A DNA stretch of 64,000 nt from an uncultured Gammaproteobacteria bacterium (GCA_963797555.1 CAWCPV010000002.1:64001-128000), one strand, 5' to 3'; counted from the stretch's first letter, positions 53,280 to 62,960 are shown. Notes: generated from the sequence alone by a model not told the origin. Numbers and translations: made by a program.

Positions 53280-53594
53280 ACTCACGGCTTGGGCGGCTTG
53301 AACAACTCAGCCTATTGCGCTCCCGCGCTGATCGCCGTAGGAGGACGTGAACCCCGTTGAAGAGAGGGTTCCGGGGTGATCACGCCGTCGAGTCCGTCGC
53401 TAGTTACGCGGCTAAGGACCTGAAGGGGAGAAGCCCAGCGTGTGGGTCCACGGATGGCAGGTGGGATAACGGCGGACCACCGCGGGGCGAAGGGCCGCAA
53501 TTCCGCGATCCCAGCAGAAGGCGACGTAGCGGGGAAGGCGGGCCATGGCGGTTCACGTCGTGAAGTGACTGCACGAAGGATGGCCCACCAAATA

Positions 53595-53624
53595 CCGTGT
53601 CTGACCCTGTGTCTGACCCCATTT
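53595..53624 (+). repeat. Tandem GTGTCTGACCC REP-like motif (left)
   Basis: CCGTGTCTGACCC-TGTGTCTGACCCCATTT; 15-bp perfect inverse at 57824-57838. Confidence 0.75.
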
Positions 53625-53713
53625 CACCGTCGCTGCGGCGCGCTCCGCTCCGCCGAGCTGGCTGGCGGCAGGCATAGAGCCGCGTCCGAGGGCGCTTGCG
53701 CCGCGGTGCCAGT

Positions 53714-53897
53714 CGCCATCGCCGTCACCTGCGCCCGCCAGGGGACGTTCGGCGCCAGCACCCCGTATTAGCGATGGCGGTGAACCCGCGGCGGTGGGAT
53801 GAGGGCCGCCAGCCGGTCCAGGAGCTCGAGCGCCGTGAGGCGGAGCTGCGTTTTCCCATCGGGCAGGGCTTTGGGCAAGCGGTAGACCAGGGCCTGT
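53714..53897 (-). pseudogene. IS91-family (Y2 rolling-circle) transposase fragment
   Basis: Hand translation LVYRLPKALPDGKTQLRLTALELLDRLAALIPPPRVHRHR*YGVLAPNVPWRAQV. Confidence 0.8.
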
Positions 53898-54302
53898 CGC
53901 TACTTCTTCTGATTTCTTAGAACGAATACTCCAAACCGGCAGTGACTCCGTGGAAAAACACACTGGAGCCGCTATTGACGCCAAGCGCGGTCACAGTAGA
54001 TGGAGCAGTCGTATAAGTTTCCTGGATTTGTCCGGCCGCCAAAGCAACGCCATCGAGCCAGAGCGCTTCGTAACCGACCTTTAGCGCAAGGCTCTTGAGA
54101 ACTTGATATTTGCACTGCAAGCCGGCTTCGCCAACGAAGGCGGCGTGGCCTGTCGAGGCGTTCGATGGTCTGACGACCTTAAAGATGCTGACCCCGGTTG
54201 ACTCTTCGGCATTGTTGTAATACCCCCCGACCTTTACCAGTCCGCCAAGCGAAAAGCGGCCACGCTTGTCTAACGTCAATTACTCTGTCCGGTTGACGAC
54301 AA

Positions 54303-55106
54303 CTAGAATGGCCGCTCTGTAGTGTAGGCGGTAGTTGTCGTCAGCTCTTGTTCGATACCTCCTGGTTGCGGGTTGCTTGGCGCTTTCGGTAGCTCTGCCC
54401 GTTGAGGCTCGATGATGTGGGCATGGTGGACGAGCCGGTCGATGGCGGCGACGGCCATCATGTTGTCGGGGAAGATCGCATCCCACTCGCTGAAGGGGTG
54501 GTTGCTGGTGATCAGGAGACTGCCGCTCTCGTAGCGGTGGGCGATGAGCTCGAAGAGCACGGAGCTTTCCATCTCGGTGCGCTTGACGTAGCCGATGTCA
54601 TCGAGGACGAGCAGCGGGTACTTGTCGAGCTTGGCGAGCGCATCGCTGAGCCTGAGGGCCTGTTTGGCGGTTTGAAGCTCCTGGACGAGGCTGGTTGCCG
54701 AGGCGAAACGCACCCGCACCCCTTGGCTGATGAGCCCGTGCCCAATGGCTGCGGCGAGATGGGTTTTGCCGACGCCGGAGGGCCCGAAGAGCAGGAGGTT
54801 GTCGGTGCGCTCGACCCAGGTGGCATCCTCGGCGAGCTGCACGATCTGCTGGCGGTTCAGCCCGGCGCTGGCCGTGAAGTCGAAGTGCTGGAGCGTCTTG
54901 CCCGCGGGCAGGCGGGCATCGTTGAGGTGGCGCTCCAGGCGCCGCCGCTCGCGTTCGGCGAGCTCGTGCTCGCAGAGCGCGGCGAGATAGTCGGCGAGGC
55001 TCCAGTGGTGCTCGAGGGCCCGGGTTTGCAGCGGTTGATACAGCCGTGCCATGGTCGGCAGGCGCAGCTCCCTGAGCAGCAGGGGCAAGGTGGCGGCGTT
55101 AGCCAT
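54303..55106 (-). CDS. istB: IS21 helper ATPase IstB (extra base near C-terminus)
   Basis: GPSGVGKTHLA, LVLDDIGY, TSN, AIDRLVHH. Confidence 0.92.
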   Translation of the reverse strand: MANAATLPLLLRELRLPTMARLYQPLQTRALEHHWSLADYLAALCEHELAERERRRLERHLNDARLPAGKTLQHFDFTASAGLNRQQIVQLAEDATWVERTDNLLLFGPSGVGKTHLAAAIGHGLISQGVRVRFASATSLVQELQTAKQALRLSDALAKLDKYPLLVLDDIGYVKRTEMESSVLFELIAHRYESGSLLITSNHPFSEWDAIFPDNMMAVAAIDRLVHHAHIIEPQRAELPKAPSNPQPGGIEQELTTTTAYTTERPF

Positions 55107-56627
55107 GGCACACCTCCTCGGCGGCACTGCGGTGGGTGGCGGGCAGGAGCGCGTCATAGTCGGCCAGCGGGTGCTGAGCAGTGGCGCCGAGAGGGAGCGT
55201 CGCGGGGGCTGGCGGTGCGAAGCGTTGTTGCAGGGCGCTGAGCGTGGGCGATAGGCCTCGCTCCAGGGCGGCCAGCCAGTGGGTCCCCAGGGCCTCCTGG
55301 CACTCGTGCTCGGCGGCGAGCTTGAGTGCGCCGACCATGCGCTTGCAGGCGTCGGCGGGCGCAAGGGTAGCGTCCAGATGCTGCCAGATACGCTGATAGG
55401 TGGCATCCGGAAGCAGGGCGTCGCGGTACTGGAGCCGATAGAAGGCGCGGGGCTTCTTCACCAGCCATCCCACGAGATGGCGATAGTCGATGCGGCTCGC
55501 CCGGCGCTTGCCCGGGGCCGGGTAGACCCGCGGGAGGATGAGCAGGGCCTCGGTGCCGAGGAACAGCTCCAGGCGGGCGTCATAGAGGTGCACCCGCAGG
55601 CGCTCGCCGATGAGCCGCGCGGGGACCGAGTAGACCACCAAGCGCACGGTGATGGTGCTGGCGGTGGTGACCTTCACCCACAGCTCGGTGTAGTCGGCCG
55701 CGAAGGTCACCGGCAGGGGCCGCAGATGGGGGCGCTCGGCCTCGATGGCGGTGGCGTTACGCCGGTTGACGGCGGCGGTGACGGTGTCGAGAAAGTCCTG
55801 GTAGGACGCCACCGAGGGGAACTCGGCACTGCCCCGGGCCAGAAGGCGCTGCACGATACGGCGCTTCAAATGCCCGTGGGGTGACTCGATGCTGCCGTTC
55901 TCGTGGCAGGCCCCGGGGTTGTTGCGCGTCGGCCTCATCCCATAATGGGCGCAGAGCGCCGCGTAGCGCGCCGCAAGGTCGTGCTGGGCCTCAGCCGAGA
56001 GGTTCTTGAACGCCGCCGAGAGGCTGTCAGTGCGGTGCTCGGCCGGTGCACCGCCCAGGCGCAGCAGCGCCTGGCTGAGCCCCTCGGCGAGCGCCGTGAA
56101 GCTCTCCCCGCCCAGCACCACCCGCACCGTGCACCAGCCGCTGTAGGCCAGGCGGAAATGGTAGAGGCGGTGGGCGAGCGGCTCGCCGGCGATGGTGACG
56201 GTGACGTCCTTGAGCACGGTGAAATCCGACAAACCCCGCAGTCCCGGGACCTGCTGCTGTGGGAACATCACCTCCTTCTCGGGTCCATGCGCCGCCCGCC
56301 AGGCCTTCACCCGGCGCTGCAAGGTGCGCAATAGCTTGTCCGGGTACTGGCCCGGATGGCGCTCCTGGAGCCCTTCCAAGAGCGTCAGCGCGTGCAGTGC
56401 CGGGGTGTGCTCAAGCAGTGGGACCAGCTCGCTGTCCCACACGGTGTCAAAGGGGTCGCGGCGCGTTCGATACCGCCGCGCGCCCCGCGGTGCTCGACGC
56501 TCGTCCCGCTCGTCAAGACGGCGCGCCGTGCGCTCCGAGAAACCCGCCTTGGCGGCGGCGGTTACTTGGTTCTTACCTGCGGTTCTCTGTGACATATAGA
56601 CCTTGACCTTTGCGGTGTGACGGCCAT
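55099..56627 (-). CDS. istA: IS21 transposase IstA (possible 1-nt deletion near start)
   Basis: RTLQRR, SDFT, HRTDSLSAA, HENGSIES, YSVP.RLIG. Confidence 0.92.
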
Positions 56628-57741
56628 CCCTCCCCCCGAAGCATCGGATGTCAGAACGCCGCCAGTGTGGCCGATCAACCGGACAAAGTAGTTGTCGCCA
56701 ACCGGTCAACGTAATTGTCGCTCTATACACGCTCGAATATCTTCCCATCCACACCGATCTGGAGACCGTAAAGATTGTTCGTCGTACTTGCATTCCAGAA
56801 GGGGGGGAATGCTCCCGTGGCTGGTATACCCTGATTTTCAATCTGTGCGACCTGAAGAAGATTGAGACTTGGAGTAAGCTTCCATGAAGGCTGAAAGCGA
56901 TCTGGGGGTGGCAATGTACCCTGAAGATTTTCAGTCAGTCGGAACCAGCGGAATCCGGCGAGGATGGATATCCGGTCAGAGAGATGCCGCCGCACGTTGA
57001 ACTCGGCGTTATAGATCTCCGTTTCGTAGTCCCATGCCATTGACTGGTATGAAAAATCTTGAGTTTGATAAAAGCTGCCGGGAGCCCTCATCACTAGCCA
57101 GTTGGGTGGATTGTCGAGCCCAATGGCTTTGGTGGCGTCCCAGTTGATATGAAAAAACGATAATTCAAAATCGTAGCCGCAATCGCCATGGTACGTTAAG
57201 CCTACTTTCGGCCCGGCGGAAAAGTCTTGAAAATCGTTGCTGTTGAGAGCTGGAGTGCCGGGGGTGGTTGGCACGTTGGAAAATGACACGGCACCCGGCA
57301 CACGTTCGACGAGCGTTCGACTTACGCCGCCGACTCGCTCCAGGATGATCGACTCGGCCGAGATCGTCCATCGCGGAGGACGACTCGGCTGAGAGGAATC
57401 GGCATCGTTGCGGCCGGCGTCCCGCGACCGGCTAACCGGCGTCCAGGAAAACGACGGAAGCGAATTTTCACTGTTGGCGTTGGCGACCAGGTGATTGGGT
57501 GTCGTGATTCCCGTCGAGTCATAGCGGAAATACCCGCCATCCGGTGTGCTGTCGCCGGACCCGATGAGCTGATTGGATTGTGCCGCCCCGGCTATGCCTG
57601 GTGCGGACAGGGCTATAATCACGAGCAATGCGGCCAGAGTGAGTTGTTTCATTCTTCTTATTGTAAAGACCCCCCGCGAGATGACCTGGAAGGGTTTAAG
57701 TCCCTTCTTCCTGGAAACTGCAACTATCAGTGGTTTTGCCT

Positions 57742-57762
57742 AAGGATAGGAAATCCAATGGC
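57742..57762 (-). mobile_element. IS91/ISCR oriIS-like end
   Basis: Minus strand GCCATTGGATTTCCTATCCTT resembles the IS91-family oriIS terminus ...TTGAA(A/T)TTCCTAT.C. Confidence 0.55.
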
Positions 57763-57823
57763 TCTAGACAGTGAGGAGTGTGGGGTCGGGGCGCGCAGCG
57801 GTCAAGGCGCGGGGCGAGAGGAC

Positions 57824-57861
57824 AATGGGGTCAGACACGGGTCTGACCCTGGGTCTGACCC
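57824..57861. repeat. GGGTCAGAC/GTCTGACCC REP-like hairpin and tandem copy (right)
   Basis: GGGTCAGAC-ACGG-GTCTGACCC 9-bp hairpin plus extra GGGTCTGACCC. Confidence 0.75.
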
Positions 57862-57934
57862 GATTCCACTTCGCGCCAAGGGCCGCGATGCAAGGCTGGG
57901 TGTCGCGTGCAGGGCGCGGAACGAACGCCCACGA

Positions 57935-58752
57935 TTAAAGGGGCCAGGCTCGAATATCCTGCTGCACAAAGTGGATTCATACCGCCAGCTCTCTCTGGCC
58001 TGGGTCATGCGCGGCGGAGTCGTCTCGCCTGGCACGCGGCCTGCCTCGCGGCTTCGGTTCCCGCCGATGGCCGGTCGCTGCCTCAATGTTGGCATAAAAC
58101 CGTGCATTGCCCAAAGGCTGATTCTGATTGAGCGCCAGCCGTAGGTCGTTGACCGCTTCTTGGTCCAGTTGCGCCCGGAACAGACCCCGGTAGGCAGCCT
58201 GCCTTTCCTTCGCCTCCCTGCCCAGCGACAGATACAGAGGATGGGGGGTAAGGCAAGGGTTGACCTGCCCCAGGGCGTTGTGACGGTAGCTCGTCCAGCG
58301 GTATTGCGCAGGATCATCCACCATGGCCGCCCGTACGGGGTTGAGCTCAATGTATCGCTGGCAGGCAAGCAAGTAGGTTTCGGCTTGGATCAGCGAGGAT
58401 TTGTAACGGCTATCCCACAAGGTGCCGGTCCGGCGGTAGGTGGTGTTGTATACTGCACGTGGCGCCGCCCCAAGGCAATGATTAGCCGGGGAACCGCTTG
58501 GGCATGTTCCGGCGTCAGAAGCAGGTGGACGTGGTTGGTCATCAACGCGTAGGCGTGAAGCGCGCATTGCTCTTTCTTCAACGCTTCGCCCAACCAGTGG
58601 AGGTATGCCTGATAATCTTCTTCGCCAAAGAAGCACGGTTGGCGGTTGTGCCCGCGTTGCACGATGTGCAGCGGTACACCATCAAGATGCATGCGGGGCG
58701 GCGGGGCATTGGAACTATCATAGCAAATATAATTCGACCCTGGCCCCTTTAA
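57935..58752 (-). mobile_element. TIR-flanked RAYT (REP-associated HUH Y1 tyrosine transposase) element; gene 57977-58709 with two 1-nt deletions
   Basis: HIVQRGHNR, YALMTNHVHLL, GTLWDSRY.S, YIELNPVRA, Y.WTSY; 22-bp IRs TTAAAGGGGCCAGG(C/G)TCGAAT. Confidence 0.88.
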
Positions 58753-58805
58753 CTGGGGGTTAAACACCCCCGGCTACCCGATTAGTCTGCTCAGACTTCG
58801 GTCTC

Positions 58806-59174
58806 TTACTCGCACAAGGAGCGTTCGATCTGCGAAGGAACGGAGACGATGATCTCCGCCTTGCCTCTATAGATCGCGATTGCTCCCGTTACACAGATCC
58901 GCGTTCCCTGAAGCGACTCGGGCGGATACGAGAAAGCTGTTCGAGAGGTGCCCCAGATGACCGTCGTAAAGACCTCGTTCGGATACGGTGTCCCCAGATT
59001 CAAGAAGGTCGGTTCGCCACGAGCCCGAGCCGCGTACTTCGTGCTCGCGACGAGACCGCAGACCCGGGCCTGCTCGCCGACATGATCGAGCGCCTCACCT
59101 GGGGAAAAAGCATCGGCGGCGAACGCCGTCGCCGTGAGAACGACCCCGAGAATAAGAACGGCGATGTGATCCAA
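58806..59174 (-). CDS. Cassette gene: exported OB-fold protein
   Basis: Signal peptide, HVGEQARVCG.V, PTFLNLG.PYPN, G.RICVTG.I. Confidence 0.75.
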   Translation of the reverse strand: MDHIAVLILGVVLTATAFAADAFSPGEALDHVGEQARVCGLVASTKYAARARGEPTFLNLGTPYPNEVFTTVIWGTSRTAFSYPPESLQGTRICVTGAIAIYRGKAEIIVSVPSQIERSLCE

Positions 59175-59194
59175 CTTGCGCTGATCCTCGGTCC

Positions 59195-59282
59195 GCCTAC
59201 CCTTAAGTTAACCGGCGCTACGAGAGGAAACTCATGATGAGCGCGGCGCTTCATGGGGTCCTGGTTCAACGAGATGTTAGCC
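59195..59282 (-). other. Integron attC site (88 bp)
   Basis: GGCTAAC (contains upstream stop)...TTGAACCAGGAC...GCGCCGGTTAA...GGTAGGC. Confidence 0.78.
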
Positions 59283-59582
59283 AAGCGCCTTGGGCTTTGC
59301 AGCCAGATTGCGTGGACTGTAGCCTCCGCCTCGAACGTTGTCCCATCCATAGATTTTCATCAGTTCCAATGTGACTTGGGTTTCAATTTCCAGCGCAGCT
59401 CGCCAACTAAATGCATTAGTCTTTATTATTTTAATAACCTCAATCGGAGGGTATCTTCTTGTCCACTCCGACCCCTTGCCATTGAAGTGTTCTTTGATGC
59501 GCTCCTCAGGGTACATTGACTGCCCAACATAGAACTTCCCTGCTTCCAGACGAAGCACATAGACAGATATAGGCTTCTTCAT
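59277..59582 (-). CDS. Cassette gene: small GIY-YIG nuclease-family protein
   Basis: VYVLRL...FYVG.S...RIKEH, GS.WT..Y.P, E...T...M..YG..NVRGG; AT-rich. Confidence 0.85.
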   Translation of the reverse strand: MKKPISVYVLRLEAGKFYVGQSMYPEERIKEHFNGKGSEWTRRYPPIEVIKIIKTNAFSWRAALEIETQVTLELMKIYGWDNVRGGGYSPRNLAAKPKALG

Positions 59583-60388
59583 ATGATATACGATCGCGTT
59601 CGTGCTGGTTGGGCGCCCTTCGACACGTAATATGTTCGTCCTTCATCAGAAAACTGAAAGGAAACTGCCTTTGTTCTAAAGATAGAACACGTCCAGAGTT
59701 CCGCTGAGTCTAGATCGAACAACGCCACATTAAATCCGTCGCCCAGCTTGCTCTTGTAAACTACGCCGTCCAAGCCTTCGCGACGGAACCTTTCTGAAAT
59801 AATTTGGGTTGGAACGTACTCGGACGTGCTGGGGTCGTCCGTCACAGGCTCAGAAAAGCTCCTGTCCACTTGTGCCCATATTTCTTTGTCAACTTCATCG
59901 TCGTTTAACTCTCCGAAAAACACGGCGATTTTGGGATCAGCGTTGCCTCCAGCAGAAAAGTCGACTACCTGCAGCTCTTTTGTGGTTCCGAAGTGGCCAA
60001 GCGACAACTGCGCCCCCATCCAGGGACGTACCTCAGCCATCGCGGTTTCTCTGTCTGTTGCAAGATATAGAAAGGGAATGCCTTTGGGATTGGCGCGCCC
60101 TTCGTGCGCGGCGTAAGGGCGCGGCTTCATTCTTACTGGCGAGTATGGAACCTCCTCCTCAAGGACGATAGATGAGTCTGTCTCATCTATCTGGCGCTCT
60201 TCATAATCAGTTCCAAGTTGAGCCCTGTAGAGTGGAAAGCCCGCTGGAATAGTCCTGACCCGGTCGGCACTTGTTTTTGCCAAGACGCGGAGAAACTCTT
60301 CTGCTTCCGGCGCATGCCCGAATCGAAACTTTGTCCTCACTGACTCGCGGAACCTCATGTATGCAAAGCCGGACTCAAACTCACTCAT
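59579..60388 (-). CDS. Cassette gene: RES-domain protein
   Basis: LYRAQ, GRANP.GIP.LYLA, A.AEVRP, YVPTQ..SE, DGVVYKS, N.ALF. Confidence 0.88.
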   Translation of the reverse strand: MSEFESGFAYMRFRESVRTKFRFGHAPEAEEFLRVLAKTSADRVRTIPAGFPLYRAQLGTDYEERQIDETDSSIVLEEEVPYSPVRMKPRPYAAHEGRANPKGIPFLYLATDRETAMAEVRPWMGAQLSLGHFGTTKELQVVDFSAGGNADPKIAVFFGELNDDEVDKEIWAQVDRSFSEPVTDDPSTSEYVPTQIISERFRREGLDGVVYKSKLGDGFNVALFDLDSAELWTCSIFRTKAVSFQFSDEGRTYYVSKGAQPARTRSYII

Positions 60389-60406
60389 GTGCGATTGTCC
60401 ATCTGC

Positions 60407-60438
60407 GCCTAACAGTTAGTGGACTTTAAAGTGGCGAG
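60407..60438 (-). other. attI-like site (core GTTAGGC with no attC stem) abutting RAYT TIR
   Basis: Minus strand TIR-CTCGCCACTTTAAAGTCCACTAACT-GTTAGGC directly before the RES cassette. Confidence 0.5.
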
Positions 60439-60827
60439 TTAAAGGGGCCAGGCTCGAATATCCTGCTGCACAAAGTGGATTCATACCGCCAGTTCTCCCT
60501 GGCCTGGGTCATGCGAGGCGGAGTCGTCTCGCCTGGCACGTGGCCTGCCTCGCGGCTTCGGCTCCCGCCGTTGGCCCATCGCTGCCTCAATCTTGGTATA
60601 AAACCGTGCATTGCCCAAAGGTTGATTCTGTGGTCCACTTGCGCCGGGAACAGACCCCGGTAGACGACCTGCCTTTCCTTCGCATCCCTGCCCAGCGACA
60701 GATATAGAGGATGGGGTGTGAGGCATGCGGTTGTGCCCGCGTTGGACGATGTGCAGCAATACGCCATCAAGAGGGATGCGGGGCGGCGGGGCATGGAAGC
60801 AAAATAATTCGACCCTGGCCTCTTTAA
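60439..60827 (-). mobile_element. Internally deleted (non-autonomous) copy of the TIR-RAYT element
   Basis: Same TIRs and both gene ends as 57935-58752; HUH core deleted. Confidence 0.88.
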
Positions 60828-60918
60828 CCCGTTGTATCGAGGATCCTTCCAATGCTCGGCGTAGAACTTCATGGCGACGAAGGACAATGGGGCGAGCGGG
60901 TGGCATGCTGTTCAAGAG

Positions 60919-60978
60919 GCCTACCGCCTGAATTAAGCGGCGCGCGGGACGCGCGTCCGCTTGGATGAGTAGTTAGGC
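60919..60978 (-). other. Integron attC site (60 bp)
   Basis: GCCTAAC-TACTCATCCAAGCGGACGCGCG-TCC-CGCGCGCCGCTTAATTCAGGC-GGTAGGC. Confidence 0.88.
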
Positions 60979-60995
60979 AGCATACCGTACCCGCC

Positions 60996-61481
60996 TCAGC
61001 TAACCGCTTTCTTCACGAGCGTGCCGATCCTTGCCTCTTCGGCGGCGGTCAACTCCTTCAGCGCGAAGGCGGTCGGCCACATGGCGCCTTCATCGAGGTT
61101 CGCCTTGTCGCTGAAGCCGAACGTTGCGTATCTCGATTTGAATTTCTGCGCGCTTTGGAAGAAGCAGACGACATTCCCGTGCTTGGCATACGCGGGCATC
61201 CCGTACCAGGTTCTCGGCGAGAGGGCTGGCGCGCTGGCTTTGATGATGGCATGTAGCCGCTCGGCCATGGCGCGATCCGGTTCCGGCATCTCGGCGATCT
61301 TCGCGAGCACGTCGCTTTCCCCGTCCGTCTTGCCCGCGCGCGGGCCGCGGCGCGCGGCCGCGTTCAGCTCTTGGGCGCGCTCCCTCATCGCGGCTCGTTC
61401 CTCGTCCGTGAATCCCTTGAGCTTCTTGTTGATCGCAGTGGTGCTCTTGACGGATTTTTGCGTGTCCTTCTTTGGACTCAT
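60996..61481 (-). CDS. Cassette gene: DUF1801 (YdhG-like) protein
   Basis: [39 protein letters not shown]. Confidence 0.88.
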   Translation of the reverse strand: MSPKKDTQKSVKSTTAINKKLKGFTDEERAAMRERAQELNAAARRGPRAGKTDGESDVLAKIAEMPEPDRAMAERLHAIIKASAPALSPRTWYGMPAYAKHGNVVCFFQSAQKFKSRYATFGFSDKANLDEGAMWPTAFALKELTAAEEARIGTLVKKAVS

Positions 61482-61571
61482 AGAAATCACCTCACACTGA
61501 CCTGAGTTGGACGCCTCGCCGCAATTCGAGCTGCTGACCCGCGCTATTCCACCATACGCCGCCTAAACATA

Positions 61572-62673
61572 CTAAGTCCATTTTAAGTAAAGCCATATGT
61601 TGGTACAATGGGGGCATGAAATGCAAGCGCGAATCGGACGGGCGCAAGCTCGATCATAGGAGCCTGCAGGTGCTGCGCCAGCAAGCCGTGAAAGCGGTGC
61701 GTCACGGACAGACGGTACAGAGCGTAGCGCAGGCCTTCGGGTTGAACATTCGCACCGTGTTTCGCTGGCTCTCGGCATTTGCCTCGGGGGGACAGAACGC
61801 GCTGTTGGCCAAGCCGATCCCGGGCCGCCCGCCGCTGCTTGGCGCCGAGGAGATGCGCTGGCTGGCGGGGGCGGTGCGCGAGCACACGCCGCAGCAGTTC
61901 CGATTCGAGTTTGCGCTGTGGACCCTGCCGCTCATCGGCAGGTTGATCGAGCGGCGGTTCAACAAGCGCCTTTCGGACTCCGCCGTCAGGCGGGTGATGC
62001 GGGTGCTGGGATTCACTGCCCAGAAGCCGCTCTACCGTGCCTGGCAGCGCGATCCGGTGCTGGTCGAGCGCTGGCAGAAAGAGCAATTTCCCGCCATCCA
62101 GGCCGAGGCCAAGCGCGTGGGGGCGACCATCTACTTTGGGGATGAGTCGGGGATGCGCTCCGACTACCACGCCGGCACCACTTGGGCGCCGATGGGCAAG
62201 ACCCCGGTGGTCGCGGTGACCGGGGCGCGGTTCTCGCTCGCCATGCTCTCGGCGGTGAGCGCCCGCGGGGGCTTGCGCTTCATGGTGCACGAGGGGACGG
62301 TGACCGCCGCGGTGTTCAAGGAATTCCTCAAGCGCCTGCTGGTGGGCGCCACCCGGCCGGTCTTCCTCATCGTCGATGGCCATCCCATCCACAAGGCACG
62401 ATTGATCCAGGACTTCATCGGCGAACAGAACGGGCGCCTTAAGCTGTTCTTCCTCCCCCCGTACTCGCCCCAACTCAATCCCGACGAACAGGTTTGGGGG
62501 CATGTGAAAGCCCGCGTCGCCAAGCGCCGGGTGGAAAGCAAAGAGGATCTCAAGAGCAAACTCCTCGGTGCTTTGCGCCGGCTCCAGAAGCTGCCAGAAA
62601 TCGTCAAAGGCTTTTTCATGCATCCGCATTGCTGCTACGCTGTCTGATATGGCCTTACTTAAGAAAGGATTAG
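61572..62673 (+). mobile_element. IS630-family element (second type); transposase 61616-62647
   Basis: IRs CTAAGTCCATTTTAAGTAAAGCCATAT / ATATGGCCTTACTTAAGAAAGGATTAG, TA duplication, DESG...VDGH...PPYSPQLNPDE. Confidence 0.94.
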
Positions 62674-62694
62674 TATATGCGCGACTATCGTGTT

Positions 62695-62750
62695 CATTGA
62701 CCCCATTGACCCCATTGACCCCTTCTGGCCCCTTTAGCCCCTTTAGCCCT
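62695..62750. repeat. Tandem 9-mers (CATTGACCC)x3 and (GCCCCTTTA)x2.5
   Basis: Directly visible; CTGGCCCCTTTA equals the RAYT TIR end. Confidence 0.85.
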
Positions 62751-62960
62751 TCGGCGTTCACCTGGTGGACTGCCACTCCCGCAGGAACTGCAGACCGCGC
62801 ATCTCGCGGATGACCTGATCCAGGGCAGTCTCCATGAGGGATTTGTGTGTATATCAGGGGCATCAACTGTTCCCAGGTGAGAACGCCGGTTGTTATCGAA
62901 GGGTCGACCGGGAACTGATCGCGCAGGCAGGCGAGGGCACGTTCGGCCACCTGGCCCGGC

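Larger units (their letters stand above)
54267..56729 (-). mobile_element. IS21-family element (istA-istB)
   Basis: TG...CA ends with related IRs and repeated GACAA motifs; CGCT target duplication. Confidence 0.93.
53917..57652 (-). pseudogene. BBP7-family outer-membrane beta-barrel gene interrupted by IS21
   Basis: Signal peptide, LAGFRW..L.E.L, NNLYGLQIG, GYEALWLDGVALA, HGVTAGLEYSF; removing the IS rejoins KIFER-GRFSL in frame. Confidence 0.8.

Noticed and set aside
53290-53590. Possible tRNA or ncRNA integration site after aroE
   Set aside because: No cloverleaf, T-loop or recognisable RNA motif seen
62695-62750. CRISPR array
   Set aside because: Tandem 9-mers without spacers; no cas genes anywhere in the window
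61583-62950. 455-aa minus-strand ORF with GLKGLKG/GVNGVNG repeats
   Set aside because: Chimeric read-through of a gene fragment, the 9-mer DNA repeats and the IS630 antisense strand
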